From positions 3,968,001 through 4,032,000 of the forward strand of contig CM060731.1 of assembly GCA_030704615.1 (NCBI GenBank): a stretch of DNA of 64,000 nucleotides, in the 5' to 3' direction. The stretch comes from Takakia lepidozioides. Its lineage: Eukaryota; Plantae; Bryophyta. Made by a program: the position numbers and the translations under genes. The notes under the pieces were generated by a model, which was not told the DNA's origin, made no database searches, and saw nothing but the letters and a program-made list of their open reading frames with translations. Below, in pieces: positions 34,582 to 48,099 of this stretch. How positions within the stretch are numbered: position 1 is the stretch's first letter; each line of letters starts with the position of its first letter.

Positions 34582-37500
34582 TTAGCTCCTCAGTCTTGCA
34601 AAGCCACTCTGCCGCAACCATGCTTGGCATACATCGCCATGAGTTCTGCAACCACCAAGCAAGGCCCTCCACACCCCAGCATCTGGTTTGACTGGCATTT
34701 TGTTGATGAATTCCTGTGCCTCATCCAATTGCCCTGCACGACCAAGAATGTCTACCATGCAGCCAAAGTGCTCCACTGTAGAAATGAGGCCATGATCTCG
34801 ACACATGGAATCAAGGTAATGACGGCCTTCATCCACTAGACCAACATGGCTACATGCAGAGAGAAGGGATATGAAGGTGATACCATTTGGCTTCAAGCCT
34901 TCCTGTTTCATTTGCTCAAATAGGTGCAGGGCTTCCCTACCACACCCATGCTGGGCGCATCCAGCAATCATGCCATTCCATGAGACCAAATCTCGCTTGG
35001 TCATGTTGTCAAAGACATGATGTGCATCTTTCATGCATCCACATTTGGCATACATGTCAACAAGGGCATTCTCCAGAATGATATCTGGTACAATCCCAGC
35101 TTTGCTCATGTCAGCATGAACGTGCTTGCCCTTCTCCAGGGCTCCTAGGCTGGCACATGCATTGAGTACACACGTAAACGTGACCCTGTCCGGTGTAATC
35201 CCCTCCCGCTGCATTTGCTCATACATCTCAAAAGCATCCTTAGCAGACCCATGCTGCCCATATCCTGTAATCATTGCACTCCAAGAGACCACATCTCGTT
35301 TAGTCATACGATTGAACACTTGGCGCGCATCCTTCATGCTCCCACATTTGGCATACATGTCAACAAGGGAATTCTCGAGAATGAGGTGTTGGACAATCCC
35401 ACTCTTGCTAATGTCAGCATGGACCCGTTTGCCCTGTTCAAAGGCTCCTAGATGGGCACATGCATTGAGAATGCAAGTGAATGTTACGCTGTCGGGCTTC
35501 ACTCCTTCCTGTTGCATTTGTTCATAGATCTCGAGTGCCTCCCTACCACACCCATGCTGAGCATATCCTGCGGCCATGGCATTCCATGAAACCACATCTC
35601 GTTGAGCCATATTGTCAAATACTTGACGCGCATCCTTCATGCTCCCACATTTGGCATACATGTCAGCAAGAGCAGTCTCCAGAATCATGTCAAGTGTAAT
35701 TTCAGCTTTGATGATGTCCACATGGACCTGTTTGCCCATTTCCAGGGCTCTTAGGCTGGCACATGCATTAAGAAGGCAGATGAATGTGACCCTGTCGGGC
35801 GTCACCCCTTCCTGTTGCATGTGATTAAAGATCTTAAAAGCTTCCCTACCACACCCATGCTTGGTATATCCTGTTATCATTATATTCCAACTGAACACAT
35901 CTCGATCAGTCATCTTGTCAAACACTTGGCGTGCTTCCAGCACACTACCGCACTTGGCATACATGTTGACAAGCGTGTTGAATAGGAAAGTGTTTGGTTT
36001 GAATCCACTTTGGACCATGTGAGCGTGCACCTGCTTTCCCTTTGCAAGATCTTTCATGTTGATGCACTCTTGCAAGATACGGGCATAAGTGTTGGAGTCC
36101 GCCCTTATGCCGTGTTGGTTTAAAATGTGCAGCACATGTTTCGGTTGTGTGGACTTACATAATGTCCTCACACCTCCAGAAGTGACAGAAGAGTTCTTGT
36201 TGACTCCATCTGGTCCTCTTTCAGTAGTAGTGGTGCTGGCAGTACTTTTCCTGGCTTCAGTCTGGTGTCCAATTAACAATTGTGCCTGTAACAGCCCTGC
36301 CATCCTGCATGACTCTCAGTTACGAATGCTTTACACTCAACTCATAACAAATCTCAAAGCTCCTTGATCTTTCAAAGAAAGATAGCTTCATGATGCATAT
36401 AACAGGGTTATTAACCTACTGAAATCATTTTCTTGAGAATAATCTGCACTTGTTTTTGTGGAATCATTGACACAACAATACTATATTATTGTTGGCCTGG
36501 AACTCGATGTTGTAGATCAATATTAATAACCACCAACAGTTTTGTGCTCCACCTTGTATCATTGCAGCTAGTTTGGTTTTCACCCAAGGAGGGTTTGACC
36601 AACCCTCAAAACAATTACCTCATTTGTGAGTTTATGTCTGACGTCTGGGAATCTTGGAATTCTCTGTGAAAACGATACTGCACAGCTGAGCAGCGAGAGC
36701 TCTAACAGCATAATTACCAGGCTACAACCAGTGAGCTTCTGCAGAAGCATTGCTTCATGCCACAATTTTGCACAAACTAACTCACAATGTTTGTTCATTA
36801 ATAGTTGACTGATCCAACAATAAGAACCACTAGGGAGGGTACAACAGCGGAGATCTTAATTGTCATCTGTTGTAGTACCTGAAACTATAGTAGAGTCCAC
36901 AAGAAAAAACATCAGGCCCACTCAGGAAGATCAGTGAAACTAGGCCACATTTGACATGCCTCACCTTTTTTAGTCCTGTTGTCCCATCTTGTCAAGGATC
37001 TGACATAAACTCTTGCCAAAGCTGTTCCAAGCTTATTGCATGACCTGCATGCAAACAGCACTGTAAAATAGGTCTTAGGTAGTTCTTGACAGCACAATTT
37101 TGATTGACAAACTTCTTTCTCATAGGGTCTCTCTCTCACACACACAAGCATGAGTGGCACTATAATCAGAGCCACATGTCTCATCTGTATCAGATTGGGG
37201 ACTAGAACAGTGGTGCTGAGGTCAACTGTGTTTCTAGCATGAAGTCTAGACCAACCCTTACATACACTGGAATCCTCCTACTGGGCAAGCGCTAGGTCAT
37301 TTCTAGGCTGAGCTCTCACATGCTGATGGCAGAAATCCCATCTGGCTTACCCAAGGCCAGCCAGAAGGGGGACAGATATCCCAACTATGGCCTCGAGGAT
37401 GCATCACACCAGCATTCCCGTTCGAGTAGTCACTAGGTACATCCATCTGAGCCTCAGAGAAAGCCTAGGGGATATTTCAACAATAGCATAGTACCGCACA

Positions 37501-37971
37501 GGGGCTATGGCTGCAAGCAAGCAGAGAAAGGAGTCCCTCAGTCTCAAGAAGATAAATATACGATAAGTTTCAAGGAGTTACGAATATACTGGAGGAGCTG
37601 ATGGACGGAGTACAACATTGTCAATTACACACACGTTCTTCTACCACCCTTGTATGACATGCTCTGCATTTGGTGTAGGGCAAGGACAGCGTAGAGTATC
37701 GCTGCAACTCACACAGCTTAGAGACCCCATTTTCATACACAAAGTATTGCATGGCCATACCTTTCTTCAGTTCCCCTGAGGACCAGAGAGGCATCGCTTG
37801 CGAGGGTGTTGAGCCCTGGATTGCCAACGACGCGAATTTCAGCTCCACGGCCTGGTCCCTCAATCTGCTGCATAGTGTGAAACTTCCCGTCCATTCACCG
37901 CAAAGAAAACACAGGGTCTTGGGTATGACATCTCCCAGCGCGCGCAAGAGAGCGCCGGTGCATGCTTCCAT
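34582..37971 (-). pseudogene. PDF-motif + PLS-class PPR gene: exons 37971-37761, 37044-36965, 36663-36482 and 36304-34582. The PPR exon is open (573 aa, 14 motifs, E1 frameshifted, no E2 or DYW)
   Basis: Exon 2 LEQLWQEFMSDP*..WDNRTKK; exon 3 RIPRFPDVRHKLTNEV…EGWSNPPWVKTKLAAM; exon 4 L-S-P-L-S-P-L-S-P-L-S-P2-L2-S2-E1(partial). Exons 2 and 3 carry a stop and indels. Confidence 0.85.
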
Positions 37972-39491
37972 CCCTGCAGAAGGAGGAAGGGATCACTGCA
38001 CTATCATACTTGCAACTGCTCAAAGTACCACGACTCCAATTTGAATTAGCGGGGAAACAGGGTAATGTTTCCCTCTCCTATGATCTCAATGCCGCCACTA
38101 TGATAATCGATATCAGCAAGGCTTTCCTTGTGCCTGATCCTTGAATACGCTGGTCTTCATATTTCGCCCTCGTCCAACAATCGTACCATTTCCATTCTAG
38201 TCCTTGTTTGATTCTTCAAAGCATCCAAAACCCACGAGGCATCCGGACGCCGAAAACCCCATCCGATCTTTCCACAGATGTTTCTAGCACGCAGATGTTG
38301 AGAATCTATCCAAGCGTCTTGAGACTTGGCTGTGCCCTGCCGGTGCCGGACGGGTTCCGGCTGTGACCGGGAACTGGACGTACCAGTAAGAAATGTGCAT
38401 GAAACACTTGGTTAGAGGAGAACAGCAGCCGCAGTGACAGATTGTGAGAGGGAGGAGACTTTCCAAATCTCGGGCCCTTTCTCTCTTACAATCGTTTGGA
38501 GCAATATCTGTCTGTGAGAAAAATCTGTTTGTGACAAGAAGCTATGGATGCCCTGGCCAGGCTGCTAGTGTCGCCCACCTCGTCTTTGGGTTCAGCAGCC
38601 TTCTCGGCTCAAAGGCCCAGGTCTCAGGTCTTGGTTGCTCATAGATCTGGATCTCAGATTTTCTCTATACAAAAGCCAGGGTCTCCGATTCTGTGTGTAC
38701 AAAAGACTAGTTCTTCAACGCTCTCTGCTCATAGAACCAGGTCGCAGGTTTGCCATGGCAAGCTGCCCATTGTTGCTGCAAGTGCACATCACCATACAAG
38801 CCGAGAATGTGTGCCAAAGTTTCTCGTGTGCCCACATTCGTGCTCCCTGCATTCGTTTCCCCCCTTGCCGTCTCTCCGGTCTGCCTTCAATGCCAACTTG
38901 ACTTCAGTTCCTGATTTGTCAGAAAGTCAACCACTTGGAGAGTACATATACATGCAAAGATTGGAAGCTTCAACTTTAAGCTGCAATCTCGATCATGGAG
39001 TGATCTAAAGTGCAATACGAATTATTCACACATTTTTTTCCATTACAAAGGGGCTCCTGCTCCAATTGTTCAAGCCCAAAACACAACAATTATGCATGCA
39101 CCCTCCGGAATGAGTGAACGCATGCATTTCGGAGAGCGAGGCCCCCTGGCTCCCTTGAATTTTACACAAAGGGTTAAAGGTTCTATATCATGTGGCATCT
39201 TTCTCTCTGAGAGTCTCTCTGAGATAGAAAGAAGCCACGCTCGCGCACAGGGCTGCCCCGAGTATTGATTGAAGGGCAGTCATTGACATCAAGCCTGCAA
39301 TCTAGCTAGAGATCATGTTGCAGTTTTCTAAAACAGTTTGTAATTGCAATATGAGTAGCAATACAGGGACACTGGAGAGAAGGCATAAAAACACAACTAA
39401 AATTATTACCCCACGTAGGAATAGGCACCTTACTGGCCCTTCTGTCCTGTGCAGGATCAGCACCAGAAGGCCCAGAGGTCTATGGGGCCCA

Positions 39492-39530
39492 GTAGAGAGA
39501 GAGAGAGGGTGTGTGTGTGTGTGTGTTTGT
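39492..39530. repeat. Compound (AG)n(TG)n microsatellite
   Basis: Read directly from the sequence. Confidence 0.8.
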
Positions 39531-42026
39531 GTACGCCATTTGAATTCATGAACCCAAGGTCTGAGCTTACCAGTAAAGACTGTACACAGGTTTGCATCTT
39601 CATCGCTGGTGATGACTCCTCTTCTGGGCGTGCAAGGCACCGAGAAACATGGCTCTTTAATCAAAGGTGGTGGGGCTCTGGGCACCATCTGTGGTGCAGC
39701 TGTGCGTGCATGTATCTGCAATGAGACTCTCCGATGGATCTTCGTGGCAGCAGCGACGTAAGCATTTTTCCTCCAAGTACTTCGACTCGTTTTACTTCCC
39801 ACACTGACGGGGTGAATGAAAAGTGGGTGATGGGACTGAAGGCCAGGATAGCCCAGCTGCGCCAAGGGAGATCCTTGGGAAGATTTACTAAAAATAAACA
39901 TCTGCTTTTTCCATACATGCTTCAGTTGATTCCAGGGTAAAAATCTCTGATGCGAACTATGGGAGAGGGTGCAGGCTACTATTTTTGGTGAAAGATACCG
40001 GTGTGCACAAAGCATTTCTAGTGCCCCTTCTTGCCTTGGAGCTTCCCCGAGACATTTTTCTTTGGATGCGGTAATATCAGTATCAAAATCACAGAGTCTG
40101 CATTTTGCCACCAAGTTTTCTACTGGAGAAGAAGTCCCTTTTCTGGATCTTGCCAATAATTGAGTCACATGAGCTTAAATTCAAGGAAGCTCATCATTTC
40201 AAGATTTTCATCAGGGGAGACTGCAGGCAGGGACACAGAAATGTTGAGGCACTCGCTACTTGAGAATAAGATGGGGGTGAGAGGGGAGCGGTGATAGCGG
40301 GCACTCTCTATTTGAAGAGAGAGAGAGATAGAGATCTACTTAAAAGCACTTAACGGAGTTACAGAAGGAGATCTGCTAGATAACTGAGGCGATGTTTATT
40401 GTAACTTACGTGTGTGGTTTGCAGAGGAAATTGCGGTCTATGGGCTGCATTCTCGGGTCTTTTCGTACGCCTTTTCAACTTCATTCCAGGTAGAGTATGC
40501 CACAAATCTTTGGCTACCGTTTGCATTAAACACTCACAGCCCCTGATATTACAGTGCACACATGCACGTAATATTGACAAGGCATACATGGAGGGTGGTG
40601 AGGGAACAGAGGAGCTAGCGGAGCTGGAGCTACCACTGAATCTTCTCCTGCTCGTTATCGTTGCTCCTATTCAGGCCATGAAAATCAGGCATGGACTGTA
40701 CCTGGCATGAAATGTATTCTTACATCTCGTTCTCCCCTCCAGCACTGATATCTTTTACACATGAGCTCCATACTCTTGCATGCTTGAAACCCACAAAATA
40801 CAAGACTAAGGATCAATACATCTCTAGACATCTCTACATCTCTAGATCTCTCTAGATAGATAGAAAAATCCCCACAAATGAGCGTCCCAAGAGTTGGTAC
40901 GCCAGGCGGGCTTGTAATCTAAGAAGTTTGAGTCGGTTCTAGTTATGCACGGTTGGCAACAGACATTCTAATGACAAGGCACCTGCATGCTTCAGAGGAA
41001 CGCCTCTGGCGGCGATGGTGTCACTCGTGATGGCCGGTATTCTGGCATACCAGCACTTCTCATGGTCCGGGAGCATCAAAAGATCTTGTCAACAAGGGAT
41101 CGTCCTGGCGAGCATGTCCATTCTTGTCCTCCTGGGAATCCCAATTGTGTTCTTTATGCGCAGGTTGTAGATATATATGGCTCGGAGTGCTATCTCACCT
41201 GTACATAATCCTTTGTTGAAGTCTCCCGCAGCCTCCAGTCTGTCTACTCAGTAAACCTGAATTAATGTTACTAGTAGAGAGCGAGAGTTTGCATGTGTGT
41301 GGGTGGCTGGAAAGATCATAGTGGGTAGGATACGTGATCTAGGAAAGAATCAGCCATCCACAACCAGCACCAGCTCGGAGCTGATCAGCTTGCTCGATTC
41401 GGACATCGAATATGCTCATGGAGACGTCCGAATCATTGGTCGGAGGACATTGCAAACGATCACTGCTGATGGCGATGTCACCAAAGAACTAGAAGGATTA
41501 TGTTTTGGAGTGAAAGGGATAGACGGGACTGATCCGGATGCCGATGCTTTATGTTTCGTCAGATTTTGAAAAGCCATGAATTGAAGGCAACTCATTTCAT
41601 CATTGATTATTTTCCCAACTTCAAATCCTATGCGCAGTAGCTCAGAGCTTGTTTGTTTCATGAATCTACCCACACTGCATACATGCATACCTGGAAATGT
41701 GAGATATGTATTCAGAACTGTGATGGAACACCAGACGAGTAGAAATCTGGCACCTTTTTTACAAGACTTCGTGATCCAAGGGACATCCACTACCAACGCT
41801 GAAGAAAGTTTAATGAACTTCATCTGCATCCGTTGTGAGCCCTGGAGTTTTAGTCGGGCTCCCAATCCTTGGGAGGGGAGCGATATTCCGAAGAAGAGGA
41901 CGAAGAAGAGCACCTGGTGCAGAGGAAATTGCCTTTGCCCTGGAAGTGGAGTCGAAGTGAGATGACCAAAGCCTACGCGTGGAAGAGCCTAGACTGCAGT
42001 ACATATGGCGGACTGCTATGGATCTC

Positions 42027-45000
42027 TCAGGTTAGGGGGCTGCCAGAGAGCGTTATTTCCTGAAACACTCTCAGCCTGCGCTGCCGCTTTGTCTCCGTCT
42101 CTGTAACACAAGCATCCCTAGGGGAGTTCAATTCCTCCTCATCATCAGGGCACCCCTCGGACACAGCTTCAGATTCAGTTGAGGCATCTGAAAGCACACC
42201 ACCCACATACCCGAAGTCTGGATCTCCTGCCAGGCTATGGGTGAATCCCAGGGATCCCCAGGGACTAACAGGCTTTTCTTTCACAGGGCCAAGAGTCCGA
42301 AATGGCTTGCCGGCTAAGGCCCCACTATCGTGCAAAGGAGATAGCCCCTCACTGCATGGTGGCTGCGGTTGCTCCTCAAGTACAAGAGATACTTCAACGG
42401 GAGGTGTATCAAATAATTCAAGAGACAGGGATCGCCGGGAGTTCGGTCGGTTTTCGTCATAATCCCCACCTTGATTCCATTCATTGGCCATAGCTGCACG
42501 ATTTGATCAAAGTGAACAATAAGCTTTCTTAGAGGCAATTAGTGTACATGATTACTTAATGCACAGGAAGTTCTCTCTAACGTCAAGACTTAAGAGCTGT
42601 CTGAAGTTCAGAAAGATAGTAGAAAAAGACACATACAGAGGTGCTCAGCAGATACCATCATACGCACTCCTTTGTTTTTGAACGAAGACACTTCTGATAA
42701 AGACTAAATGCAACCTGCATTGAATCAATGGTAATATGTTGTACCTGCCAAGTTCTTGAAAGTTTTTGTCCACCTACCGCTGGATTGCTTGGCAACACCC
42801 ACCTCCCCGGGCCCTCCGACAGGACCACTGCTGTTGGACCCATTGCGAAGCTCATTAGTCCGATCAAAAGTGAGAGGCAGGCGGTCACCCAAGCTCCTTC
42901 CACCGGCAGTCTTTTGGTAGGTGTCATCATGGATGGGATCACTCAGCTGCTGGTGGTCCTCATGAGGCATGGTGGCAGGAAGGTTGGAATGTTGCGCTGT
43001 AGGACTGAGTATCCGTTTGCTTTGGCAAGGTGCCTCACTTCTTACTGGCGAGTTATCAAGAGGGGCATTCCAGGGGTGTGCATGGGGAAGAGATGGAGAG
43101 TTTAAAGAGTTCTCTGCAACAGGGACACTCTCCAGCTGCTGCCAAAGAGTTTCGGCTTGCCGTTGCATTTGCACGGCCCAAGTGTAATCCTGTTCATCAC
43201 CCTGCAGGGATCCCTGAATATTATAGTCTGTGATTTTGTGAGTTGTCACAGAGGTGACCCCATCATCAACCCCTGCCAGGCCAAATGTCTGGAGCTGCCC
43301 TCCTTGAGCATTTTCGTCAGTCATGGCGTCATCATCTTCATCATCCTCCCCCTCCAAGCCAAATGTCTGGAGCTGCCATACCTGAGATTGATTGATTTTC
43401 TCCAGAGATTGCATCAATGCTTGTTCGAGTTGTTCATTTCCAGCTGCCACATCAGGGGCTGTACAAGTAGGTGATGTCGATGAAATGAAACTGGGACCAA
43501 AGCCAGCAGTTGCTAGAAGTGCACCAGACATGCAAGGATCAATGAATTGAGTGAAATCTTGCTCCAGCTGGATACGGGCAGACCGCCGGGGTTGGCGGGG
43601 AACTGCTGGCTGGGGTTGCAAATTAGACGAATGCTGCAACCTAGAAACGCCTGAATTTGATCCAGGAACCACACAGTTGCTCACATTTTGGGAGAGGTTC
43701 TCCCAAGCCTGGGTCCCCATGTATGCTTCAAGCTCAACTAGCAGTTCTTGGGCACGTTCATAGGATTTTAGGTGAGAGTCAGAGGCCAAGCGAGCGTCTG
43801 TGCATCCAGGAGTTACTCTCTGAAGAATGACTTTGGCCTCTTCCAGGTGCCCTTGTTTCATCAAACAGATCCCCAAGTTGCACACCTTGTTGTTGTCAGG
43901 CTCAATTGATAATGCCTTCCTGTTTTCCCACAAGCGAAAATTATTGGCCACTTAGCTTTGGTCCATATTGCAGAACTCTAAGAACGGTAGAATATAACAA
44001 TGTGTTATTGGACGATCCAGCTGGTTGGATATTGGAGCCACATAACAGAAATTAAGGTGGAGGTGATGAGGACCAATGAATAGATCTTACCTATACACTG
44101 CCTCTGCAGCAATGAAGTTTGATTGCTGCATATATGCCCATCCCAAATTGCCCTGCAGTATTTTTGCCAAACGAGCTCATCATCAGAGATTTCACTTTTC
44201 AGTCAAGAATGGATTTTCGAATTGATGCAACTTCCAAATACAATGTACTTATAGGATTCCCACTACTGTTACTGAGCACTCATGGGAACAGAACCACATC
44301 AAAGCCCAAGAACTAAACCTGGCCACTCCGCAATCTCTGCTTGCATGTACAATATTGGAAAGAAATTGTGGCATTCTGAAGTGCAACCCCAGAAGTGCTA
44401 ATAAACTTGCAACGTACCAAAAGACGAGTAGCTTCCTGCTCGATTGACACCTGAAACTTCTTGCCCTGAGAGCGTGCAGTTTTGGTGTGCTTGCCATTGA
44501 AGGCCATGCCCTGATGAATGAGATGCAGCTTGTGCTTCAGAAGCGCGATCTGATCATCCAGTCTTCCACATCTCTGGAGCATATATGTGCCCACCCGTGA
44601 GTCTTATCTGACGGAGTGTCTAGGCTAGCACATGATCTAATGGTCATCAGAAAGATTTGAAAACATCAGACTTTTACTTTTCGTCTGTCTTCTCTCTTTC
44701 TGTTCTCTTTCTCACTGCCTCTGTCATTGGACAGTCTGGGAGTCCTGTGTGCTCAAGATAAAGCATGCAATCAACACTCCAACTGCCCACATTAAAAAAC
44801 TTGCCACAATGCATGAAACCTATAAATTGTGAGCTGTGTCTTATCTCTGTCTCTATTTTTCTTGAGATTACAGACATTGGCAGCTTACACAACAAGTGCA
44901 CCATGACATGGGCATACCTTAAAGAGATCAAGTAAAACATTATCAAGTGACTCCTGGGCCTGGTCTGAGCAGCGGCTGCGAAGTGACTTGATGGCTTCAA

Positions 45001-46076
45001 TTGCCTCATTTGGCCTATTCTGCTGCTTCATTACAATTGCCATGTCCTTAAGTGCACTGTCAACACGGTCTCCTGCATTGATAGCTGCCCAGAACAGGGC
45101 TACTGCACGGTCGGGGTCTTTGTCTACAAGCTGTAAAGAGCAGATGATTCAATAGTTCAATTAATTCTTGAATATGCATGCTGGGCCCTACCTTTTCTTC
45201 ACCAACAAAACCCTAGAGATTGATGCCAGAATCTGAGACAAAGCAGAAGGGAGATCTATATATTGCAAACCATGAAGTACAATTCCAAAACATTGACTGG
45301 ATACGTGCTAGCCCAGAATTTCCACTGAACAGAAGCAGACTGTTGGCCTTCTAGAAAAAGAGTCTTTCTTTGCACAAGAACCAAAACTTCTAGAGGTCCT
45401 TATTGTAGATTGGCCATAGAGAAAGGCACACTTTTGGATCACAGGACTCGTGTGTGCGGCTCTATCCAGATGGTTTATCACTCGCTGTGAGATTCTCAAT
45501 GGACCAAATATGCCAACCTTTAAAGGTAGCCAAAGCCAGCTTATTGCTGGCTTTATGATATGCCTTTACAAACAAGCCAAGTCTGCCTCAGACCATTTGG
45601 CTACAACTGCTCAATTTCACTGACATGGATTAGTCAAGTTATCAGCATTCATACCAAAATTCGTCTTTCAGAATTGAGAGTGGTTACATCATCACAACTT
45701 TTAGTTTTCACATAATCTGAACGACATAAACTTCATATACAATTCATATGGTATTCTTGAGAGTTATTGGGAAAATTGAGATGAAGGCAAGGGAGCCTAC
45801 AAAAACAAGTGAGACAAATAAATCTGGCTTTTTGCACCCCAATTCCATCAAACAAAATTTACAGACCTGAACATGCTTGGCTTTCACATATGGCGTGTTG
45901 CCCACAGGCACTTTGTACACCACGTGAAATGAATCTTCCTTGGAAGGAGATCTCGTAGTCATCGGTTTCACTGGGGTGGAGGGTGCTGATTTTGACATTC
46001 TCTGGCCGTACGGAATTTGACCAGGAGGTACAGACAATTGGTCGTTCCACATTGTTGCACCTAGCTTCCTGATCAT
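42027..46076 (-). CDS. TPR protein of the MS5/POLLENLESS3 (TDM1) / SDI1 family, 6 coding exons
   Basis: Motifs FHVVYKVPVGNTPYVKAKHVQ, LVDKDPDRA..FWAAINAGDRVDSALKDMAIVMKQ, KTARSQGKKFQVSIEQEATRLL, GNLGWAYMQQ and KALSIEPDNNKVCNLGICLM. The last intron is 42744-42494, and the C-terminus has KRQRRLRVFQEIT. Confidence 0.93.
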
Positions 46077-48099
46077 GCACTTTCTTTACTAATCACTCTC
46101 CAATAGTTCGCAGATTACTGGCCCAGCAGGACCAGGAGCTAGCGCTATCTTTCCATGAAAGATTATACTCCTTCCCTGCAGTCATCCAGAAGAAGTGTGT
46201 CCTCACCAATTACAAACTAGCAACAAACCTTTAGTACAAATTGCTATGGCGACATCCAAAATGGAGCTGCTTGAAAGTCCAATGAGTTGATATCCCAGCT
46301 GCTCACTTCTTTCTTTTGAAAGAGCTTGGGTACTAAACTGTTGAATCACAAAATATACTACTTACCAATAAGGAAGCTAATGCATATTCTAGTCTGCCGC
46401 TTCGCTGATGTAAGACGCAGCCAGTTTCTCAGCCCATGTATAAGCTCAGGTGAGATCCAGATTAATCTCCCATTTTCTCAGACATATGTATACAATGTCT
46501 CGGAGAGTGAGGCCGGGGGAGAGGGAGAAAGCAGCCTGGATGAATCTGCGTATAGATCAAAAACGAGATCGAGTACGGAGTAAGAGGAAGACACACAAGA
46601 GCTCAATCCCCCTTGCGTGAAGCTAGAGGACGAGACAAGGCCGCACAGAACCATGGATTCACCAAAGCTCGAGGGCCTCGCTGGGAGAAAGAGGAAGAGA
46701 GAAGAGAATGCAAAGCTACGTACCATCGAGAGAGCAGCCGTTGCCCGGGGCCACAGCAACGGGAACGAGGCAGCCCCCTGCCTTCTCCTCTGCAGTTACA
46801 ATGCATGAGAGCGCTCCTTTCTGCCCAAATGTCTCCTATACCTTAAGAGGACTCGTCCGGTCATCGAGGGGATACCCCTCGCGCCCGGAGCAGGCCACAA
46901 TCGCGACCAGGTTCAGGCCCCCTGCGCCCGCTCTATGCCTTTCCTTCACACCCCAACATCCCTCCGCCGTCGGATCCACACATCGACGGCTCCCACGAGG
47001 TCCAACCCCTTTTGCACCAATAGAAGACCGCCACGTGTGGTCAAACCTACGATGTCCCGCCATCGCAATTGCTGTCCGCGCGGACAGCCGCTGGATCAGA
47101 TCTGGCGTCATCTTATCCGTGGAGATTTCCACGTCGAGGAGATCTCGGCGGTTGATTATTAGCACGGGAGCTTTTATCTGGTCGGGAATTGTAAGCCCTG
47201 GTATTGCCGGCCGGATGCATTGCCGGCTTACCGCGCATTTGTCAGCTTCTCGGCTGCCGGTATTTCTCGGATTCGTTCCCAATGTCGGGAACAGATGTGT
47301 CCATCAGTCGACGTGAGCTCGATTCCCTGCAGGCCAATATATAGAGATTTTTCAGATTTTAGTTTAAATGTTGTATAGAGTTGCAGCCATTTTGGGCTGG
47401 AGACTCCCACTCCGCTGACCATGTATGGAAAATAATAGTCCTCGAGGAGATGGATGACCGGCAGCCAGCAATGATCTGGAAACTCATTATTGATCCCAAA
47501 GTGCCGGCGTGGAAAGAGGCTATTGTTTACTTTAATTTCAATTGGACAACCAACATTTAGCCGGTGGTAAACCATACAAGAACGAGTAAAATCACACAAT
47601 TCAAGTATACATTTGGGTGGTAAGTTAGCCCACAGGTAGCATGTGTTGTGGTCTTAGGTTCAAAGTTCAAAGGCTCAAATCTTGTCCATTTTATAAAATT
47701 TTAAACAGATGGATTTCAGTAGAGTTACCCGTAAATTCCATAAACTCAGGTCGATGCGACTGTACCCACTTCAAGGCCAAACTCATGTCCAACTAAGATG
47801 ATCGTTTTAAATATTTTTGTTGTATTCCAAACTCAAAACACATGCCCCAAGTCCAAAGAGCTCGGTTCCAGTGAGAGCACTTAGTGACACTCACAATGAA
47901 ACTAGCTGCGAGTATGTATTTTAACAATTCTTAACAAGCCTCAAACAACGGCAATGCTTGCTTTGCTTTGGCACAACATAAGAGGAAGGTAAGACTTAGG
48001 GAGCATGACTCAGCACAACACACCAATCAGCGCCTTGACACGGTGTAAGGTACTTTGACCACATTTTCTCCATTGACTTCTCCGCAAAGTCTCTGGGTA

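Noticed and set aside
46708-47316. 202-aa and 148-aa ORFs or a structured ncRNA
   Set aside because: GC-rich promoter region of the TPR gene, with no domain, no USE/TATA and no telomerase-template motif seen.
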